In this document: in pieces, positions 58,418-64,000 of the stretch
Position numbering within the stretch: position 1 is the stretch's first letter
Layout: each line of letters begins with the position of its first letter
Assembly (NCBI GenBank): GCA_025558095.1
Contig: JAIVFI010000006.1
Span: 496,001 to 560,000, forward strand
Source: Hyaloraphidium curvatum SAG 235-1
Lineage: Eukaryota; Fungi; Monoblepharomycota
Reading direction: 5' to 3'
Length of the DNA stretch: 64,000 bases
Position numbers and translations under genes: made by a program
Notes under the pieces: model-generated
Database searches by the model: none
What the model was told of the DNA's origin: nothing
What the model saw: the letters and a program-made list of their open reading frames with translations, nothing else

Positions 58418-61400
58418 TCACTTCGGGGCATGGGGTGTGTGTCTGTTTAGCGCCATGTGGCTCTTGACCAAATGGCCCGCCGCGAGTGCAGAGCAGAGGC
58501 TGAGTTCACCGGCCATCACGGTGGCCGCAATGATGCGTGCCAGCTGCGCGGCATTCGCCCCCGGCCGTTCCGGGTGCGGTCCTCGTACGCCGAGCAGCTC
58601 CAAGCAAGACGCCTGCGGCGGCAACACCGTGCCCCCGCCAACCGTCCCCACCTCGATGCAGGGCATCGAGCACGAAACATGAAGATCTTGGCCGTCATTG
58701 ACAGCCTCCATCAGGGTAATGCACTGAGAAGACTCCACGTTCTGTGCCGGGTCCTGACCCGTAGCAAGATACACGGCCGTGAGAATGCTGCAAAGCGTTC
58801 AGTTGTCGACACTAAGTGACCCGCAAACGAACCACTCACTTTGCCGCGTGAGCGTTGAATCCACCGATGCTCCCCGCCATGGCGGAACCGATCAGGTTCT
58901 TGCTCGTATTGAGCTTGACGAGATCCTCCACTGTCGTCTTGAGCACGGTGCGCACGACGTCACCGGGGATAACGGCTTCTGCAACGACCGACTTTCCACG
59001 GCCTTCAATCCAGCTGCGAAAAGCGTTAGCTCCTCAGAGACGCGCCACCTCTCGCTTTGCTCACTTGATCGCGGCGGGCTTCTTGTCGGTGCAGTAGTTG
59101 CCGCTCAGCGCAACAACGCGAAGCTCCGGAAACTGGCGTTCAAGCTCCGCCAACGCCTTCTCGCAGCCTTTCGAGATCATGTTCATGCCCATAGCGTCGC
59201 CGGTTGTGGTGACGAATCGGATGAAAAGGAGCTTGCCGCCGTTCGCCATCTTGAGCTTCCTCAGCCGAGCGAAGCGGCTCGTCGACTCGAACTCGAGTTT
59301 GATGGTGGCGAAGCCTTCGTCCGATTCCAGCCAGGCCCTGCAGGCACCGGCTTGGACAGCGCTCGGGAACTCGACAACAGGTCCCCTGCTCATGCCGTCG
59401 GCAGTCAGCACGACCCGGGCGCCGCCTCCCGCGTTTATGGCCTTGCAGCCGCGCGAAGTCGATGCGATGAGCGCCCCTTCCGTGGTGGCCATGGGCACCT
59501 GGTAGCTCTGGTCGTTGATGATGAAAGGCCCGGCAACGCCGACGGGAATCGGCACGTAACCGACGACGTTCTCGCAGCACTGCCCGTGCACCTTGGTGTA
59601 GTCGTAGTGTTCCACGGGAAGCGCAGGAGACTCGGCGCCGTGCCCGTCCAGCACGTTGTCCTTGCCCACGGAGCGGCTGATGACGATGCGACGCACCTTG
59701 ACCGCGCGCGTGAGATCCCCCAGAAGCTTTTCCAGAGCGTAACCCTGGACGTGTCCCTTCTCAACCAACACGGCCAGCTCCGCGTTGCTCAGTTCTACGG
59801 GACCCGAGACTTTGAAGATCTGCAGGCACTCTTCCCAAGGGCGAATCGAATGCAGAGATTGCTTGCGCTCGGCTCTTGGCGGCGACCGCACGAGCGCGGC
59901 TTCTCCGAAAGACGCCCGCCTCTCGGTAACGGTGCTCAGCCTACGGCGTGCCGGCGAACCGACCGGCGACGGCGGGGCATGCGAGCGCTCGCCAAGGTCG
60001 GCCGCAGGCCGGGTGATGGGCGTCGCGGGTCCCTCGATGGCAGCCACCTTGGCCGCAAGCTTTTCCTCGATCGTCGGGCTCTCCTCCTCTTGGGTTTCCG
60101 CAGCGGCACTGCCCGCGGGGAAGCCGAGGGAGCGAGAGCGCGCAAAGGCGTAGATTGCACCGACGGAAAGGACAGCCATCACCAGGTTGCCCCAGGTCAG
60201 CGTCTCGGACGGTCCAGCGGAAGAATGTAGCTCCACGACGTCCAGTTGGATCTCGGGAGCAACGAGAAGCACGGTTCCTGGGGCCGCAAAGGTACGGATC
60301 TGGTCCAGCACCGCAGCGGCGATTGCGTTGGCCCCGGCTGCTTGTGCGGCGCCGACGTGAGTGCGATTCGACTGGCCAACGGCCCTTGACGATATGCTGG
60401 ACGAGTTCATGGCGTGATAGGCGAGGAACAAGAAGATCTGTGGGGCGGCGAACTTCAGAACATGCCCCCGACCGGCGCCGCACGTCCGTGCGCACCATGT
60501 ACAGCTTGATCTTGCCGATCAGAGGGTGTTCCGCAGCCTTGTGAAGGCTAAAGCCGTTAAAGCCGAGCACGGCTCGGGCCTCTTCCGCGGGGCGGACTTC
60601 GCTGGCCTGCGCCTGGCTCTCCCTGGACCGAATGAGCTCCAGCTTGAGGGTGACCATGGCGGTGTAGAGGGTGAAGAGGAAGACGGCGTCGAAGTAGAGG
60701 GTGAGGCTCGCGATGATGCAGAAGTTCTTCATCCCGGCCACCCCGCTGAAGGCACCCAACCCCATGACGGCGATCTCGACGGCGTAATTCGTGATGAGCG
60801 TGGGCGCAACGGCGCGCACGCCGCCCAGGACCTTGTCCCGCACCGACGGGGTGCCGGACCGCTGGTGCGTGAAGATGGCCCTGGTCAGCTGGTACGGCTT
60901 CTCGAAACCGACGGCCACGACGAAGAATGGCGTCGCTTCGCTGATGCGCAAGGGTCAGCTCTGCAAAATGCGCGAGGAATGAGCTCACGGACCTCAGTTG
61001 GGTGAAAGCAACCGCGATGCCCAGCAGCTTGCCCACCACCAGGGCGGCCAGGAAGGCGAGGAAGCTGCTGCAGATGACGGCGCATCCCAGCGTGAACTTG
61101 GACCCCAGGCGGCGCATGTTGAGGAACAACGACGCCATGGTTGCATGCATGAGCACGTATCCGACGGCGACGACGAGGATGTCGGCATTGCGGGCACGCT
61201 GTCGTGGTGGGTGTGAGACCGCGAGCCGCCGGTGCGGCGCGACGCAGCAACACGCACGTTCCAGGCGTCGCGCAGCTCGTAAACGCCGCCGAGCAGCGTC
61301 CGCGGTTTCCCCTCGTCCGCGGATCCCGCAGCGCTTGCCTCGGCGGGCGGAGGCCTGGGCTTGGCCTGTATGCGCACTCCGTCCGCTTCTGCCGACACCG

Positions 61401-61911
61401 TGCCCAGCGCATCGACCCACGCCTGCGCCCGCAGGGCGTCGCGGGGCGCTGACACGTCCAGGAGATACGCCAGCGAGCCGTTTGCGGCCGGGCCGGGCAA
61501 TGCGCAGTCCGAGGCGTGCGAACGCCAGCACAGGTCGCTGTAGACGGCGCGATCGCCGCCCAGCAGCGGTGCGGCCGCGGCGACCGATCGCACGGCGGCC
61601 TCGGCGGCGCCGGCGCGGGCGGCCCCCGGCAGCCGCACGGGCACGAGCAGCATCGCCGGCGCCGCGTTCCCCGCGGGCGCCCACCCGCCGGCCGCCGCCG
61701 CGAGCGCCGTCCACGCGCCGCCGCCCGCGGCCGCATCGCCCGCACCCGGCGAGTTCCAGTGCGCGAGCGCGCCGTACAGCGACGCCGCGAGCACGAGGCA
61801 CCCCGCAATCGTCGCCACCGGGTGCCGCGCCGTCCTCGCGAGCACCGGGTCGACGAGCCGCTGCGCAAACTGCGCCGCGGGCGACGTCGCACTGCGCGTC
61901 GACGGCGTCAT
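58418..61911 (-). CDS. HMG1: HMG-CoA reductase (fungal type: HPIH region, sterol-sensing domain, catalytic domain)
   Basis: [81 protein letters not shown]; [19 protein letters not shown]. Confidence 0.97.
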
Positions 61912-62083
61912 GGTGGGAAACACGGGCGGGAAAGCAAGGACGGTAATTTCCCTTGCCACGCTGATCCGGCCGGGTCGACCCACTTCAAACCAGCCCAAAA
62001 CACCAGCCCATTTCCGAGGCGGTACATGGAGCCACAACGCTCGGATTCTGGCCCGACGGGCTTTACATTCTAGCGCAACCGAA

Positions 62084-64000
62084 CTAGTGCTCGCCGAACT
62101 GGCTCTCGGTGACACCTGCAGAACGCCCCACAATGCCACGTCAGCACGGTAGACGATGCTCGCCGCCAAACACCCACCCTTGCCCATGGCGGCCGTGGAC
62201 GCCACACCGCCCTGCACCGTCTTGATGAGGTTGTCCTTCGCACATCCGAGTCAGCTTCGTGGCATCGTGCCTCCCGGCGCCTCCCACCATGTAGTTCGCA
62301 CCGGACCACTTCTGGTGCGCGAGGGTCTCGACCTTGTTCTCGCGCTCCTTCCGCTGGATCATCGAGACGTACGCGTACATGCCGCGCGTGGCGTACTCGC
62401 GCGCAAAGGTGTCGATGATGAGCGCTGGCGGTCGCAGAGGTCAGCGGCATCTCTGTGCCGGCATCGCGTGATCCCACCGTCCGAGTGGAAGCCGGCGAGC
62501 GTGATGAACTGCCACACGAATCCGAGCTTGCCGAGGTCCCACACGAAAGTCTCCATCTCCTTGTCCGACATGCCCGCCGCGTCCCAGTTGAACGAGGGCG
62601 AGAGGTTGTAGGCGAGCTTGGCCCACTACAAGGTTCCGTCAGGCCAGTTTGGGGCTGCAAGCAGAGGAAGGCCCACCGGGTAGACGGCCTTGACGCCCTC
62701 GGCAAACTCCTTCGCCTGCGCGTAGATCGGGCTCTTGGTTTCCATCCTAGATCACGGCAGGAACTGGTTGGTGGCGAGCGCAGGCAAAGCTCCCGATGGG
62801 ATCCTCACCAAAGAAGATCGGCGTAGGGCGCGTAGGCCACGGCGCGGGCGGTGCAGCACTTGGTACCACCCTGGTACCGGTAGTAGCCCTCGCGGGTGCG
62901 CGGCGCATCCTGAACAAGCCGGATCAGACCGGTCCAACCACTGTAAACCATACAGAGCTCACCCAGTCAAAGTGGAATTCCACTCCGGCACCCTTGACGA
63001 ACTCGCGCGCCTCCTCGATCGACATGGAGTCCGCCTTCTCAAGGAACTTTGCGGCGTCCTTGCCCGCCGCCTTGAGGGCGTCGGCAATGGCCTGACCGAA
63101 GGTCATGAGGTTGGCTGGCAGATGAACGCGGAGCCGTCAGCGACGAACGGGCCCGGCGGCCGGGAGACACACCATCAGCGATCCACTGGTCCTCCACCGA
63201 CTGCAGCGCGTCTCCCCGCTTCCCGGCAGCCTGGGCCTCGTCCATGACCGTCACGAGGGGCTTCAGCTTCGGGTTGGTGCTCCCGAGGATGAAGGGGTGG
63301 TCGCGGCGGTCAATCGACGAGGTGATCAGGGTGGCGGCCTCGGCGTCCGTCCTTGCAACAAGCACGTTCTCGACGCCCATGACGTCGAACTGGGGGGGAA
63401 ATGAATGTAGTTTGCGTCTCTCCGTGGGCCTCAGGTGTAAGTTACCTGCAGACGGACCGCGATGAGGCGGTTGATGTGCTCCGAGATGGGGACGAGCACT
63501 TTGCCAGCCATGTGGCCGCACTTTTTCGTGCCGGGGGCCTGGTCTTCCAGGTGAATGCCGGCCGCACCGCGCTCCACGAACATCTTGGCGAGTTTCAGGC
63601 ACGCGGTGATGCCGCCGTGGCCGGTGTCGCCGTCCGCGACGATCGGGCGGAGGTAGTCCACGTAGGGGGCGGCGGCGCGCTTCTCGGCGGACATGCCCAT
63701 CCTCTCCTCGCGCTGCTTGCGGTCGTGGAAGAGCTGCGCAAAGAAGAGCTGCTCGACCTTGTTCGGGACGGTGTCCATGGGGTAGCTGCGGCGCGCGAGT
63801 GAGTCCGCCGGCCGGGCCACGGAGCGAGACGGCCACCCACTCGGCAAGGTCCGGGCCGGGCTCGTTCGAGGTGGACGCCGTCGAAGACGATTGCCAGCCC
63901 GAAACGTAGATGGTCTCGAGGTACTTGCCCATCTGGGTCACCTGGATGGTGTCGAGGGCGCCGAAGGTGTGCGAGGTGGTGCCGTTCTTCTGGTGGCCCT
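62084..64000 (-). CDS. ICL1: Isocitrate lyase, 5' end outside the window
   Basis: [89 protein letters not shown]|VTESQFGEH*. Confidence 0.97.

Noticed and set aside
8525-61911. Possible sterol gene cluster (SCAP, desaturase-like gene, RING-CH ligase, HMGR)
   Set aside because: Spread over 53 kb among unrelated housekeeping genes; no shared motif seen; coincidence is sufficient without synteny data
1-64000. Apparent frameshifts or pseudogenes in most genes
   Set aside because: The frame changes I traced are explained by short GT-AG or GC-AG introns; real degeneration was seen only inside the transposon
1-64000. Introner-type repeated introns
   Set aside because: Introns are similar in length, but I saw no shared sequence or terminal repeats between them; an all-vs-all alignment would be needed to exclude it fully

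Overview
This window is eukaryotic, not prokaryotic. It is a gene-dense, GC-rich segment with many short (about 50-60 nt) spliceosomal introns, so the ORF track shows exon fragments and antisense shadow ORFs. The gene content suggests an early-diverging (chytrid-grade) fungus; this is inference, from fungal-type ICL, HMGR, Ist2 and Med12 together with a GDP-fucose transporter, UBE2S and WD40-bearing SCAP. About 31 protein genes were reconstructed by hand. They include PAF1, ILV1, RPB10 (absent from the ORF track), SCAP, myosin RLC, BAP31, a sterol desaturase-family gene, a carotenoid oxygenase, a RING-CH ligase, RBM5/10, anoctamin, CSN2, ICT1/Pth4, Raptor, Ku70, UBE2S, MRPL16, WDR75, MED12, HMG-CoA reductase and a partial isocitrate lyase. 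Highlights: (1) a 1.4-kb internally deleted PIF/Harbinger transposon with TIRs and an AAT target duplication sits 26 bp upstream of the anoctamin ATG; (2) a cryptic PTS1 (-ARM) lies in frame behind the isocitrate lyase stop codon; (3) two bacterial-type enzymes carry introns, a minimal Moco oxidoreductase and an alkyl-sulfatase-like MBL protein with altered metal ligands; (4) a CpG-depleted, palindrome-bearing island; (5) a recurrent TGTA motif just after stop codons; (6) GC-AG introns and micro-exons. I found no rRNA, tRNA or CRISPR. CDS coordinates are outer gene spans from manual splicing, and family calls come from motif recognition, not database searches.
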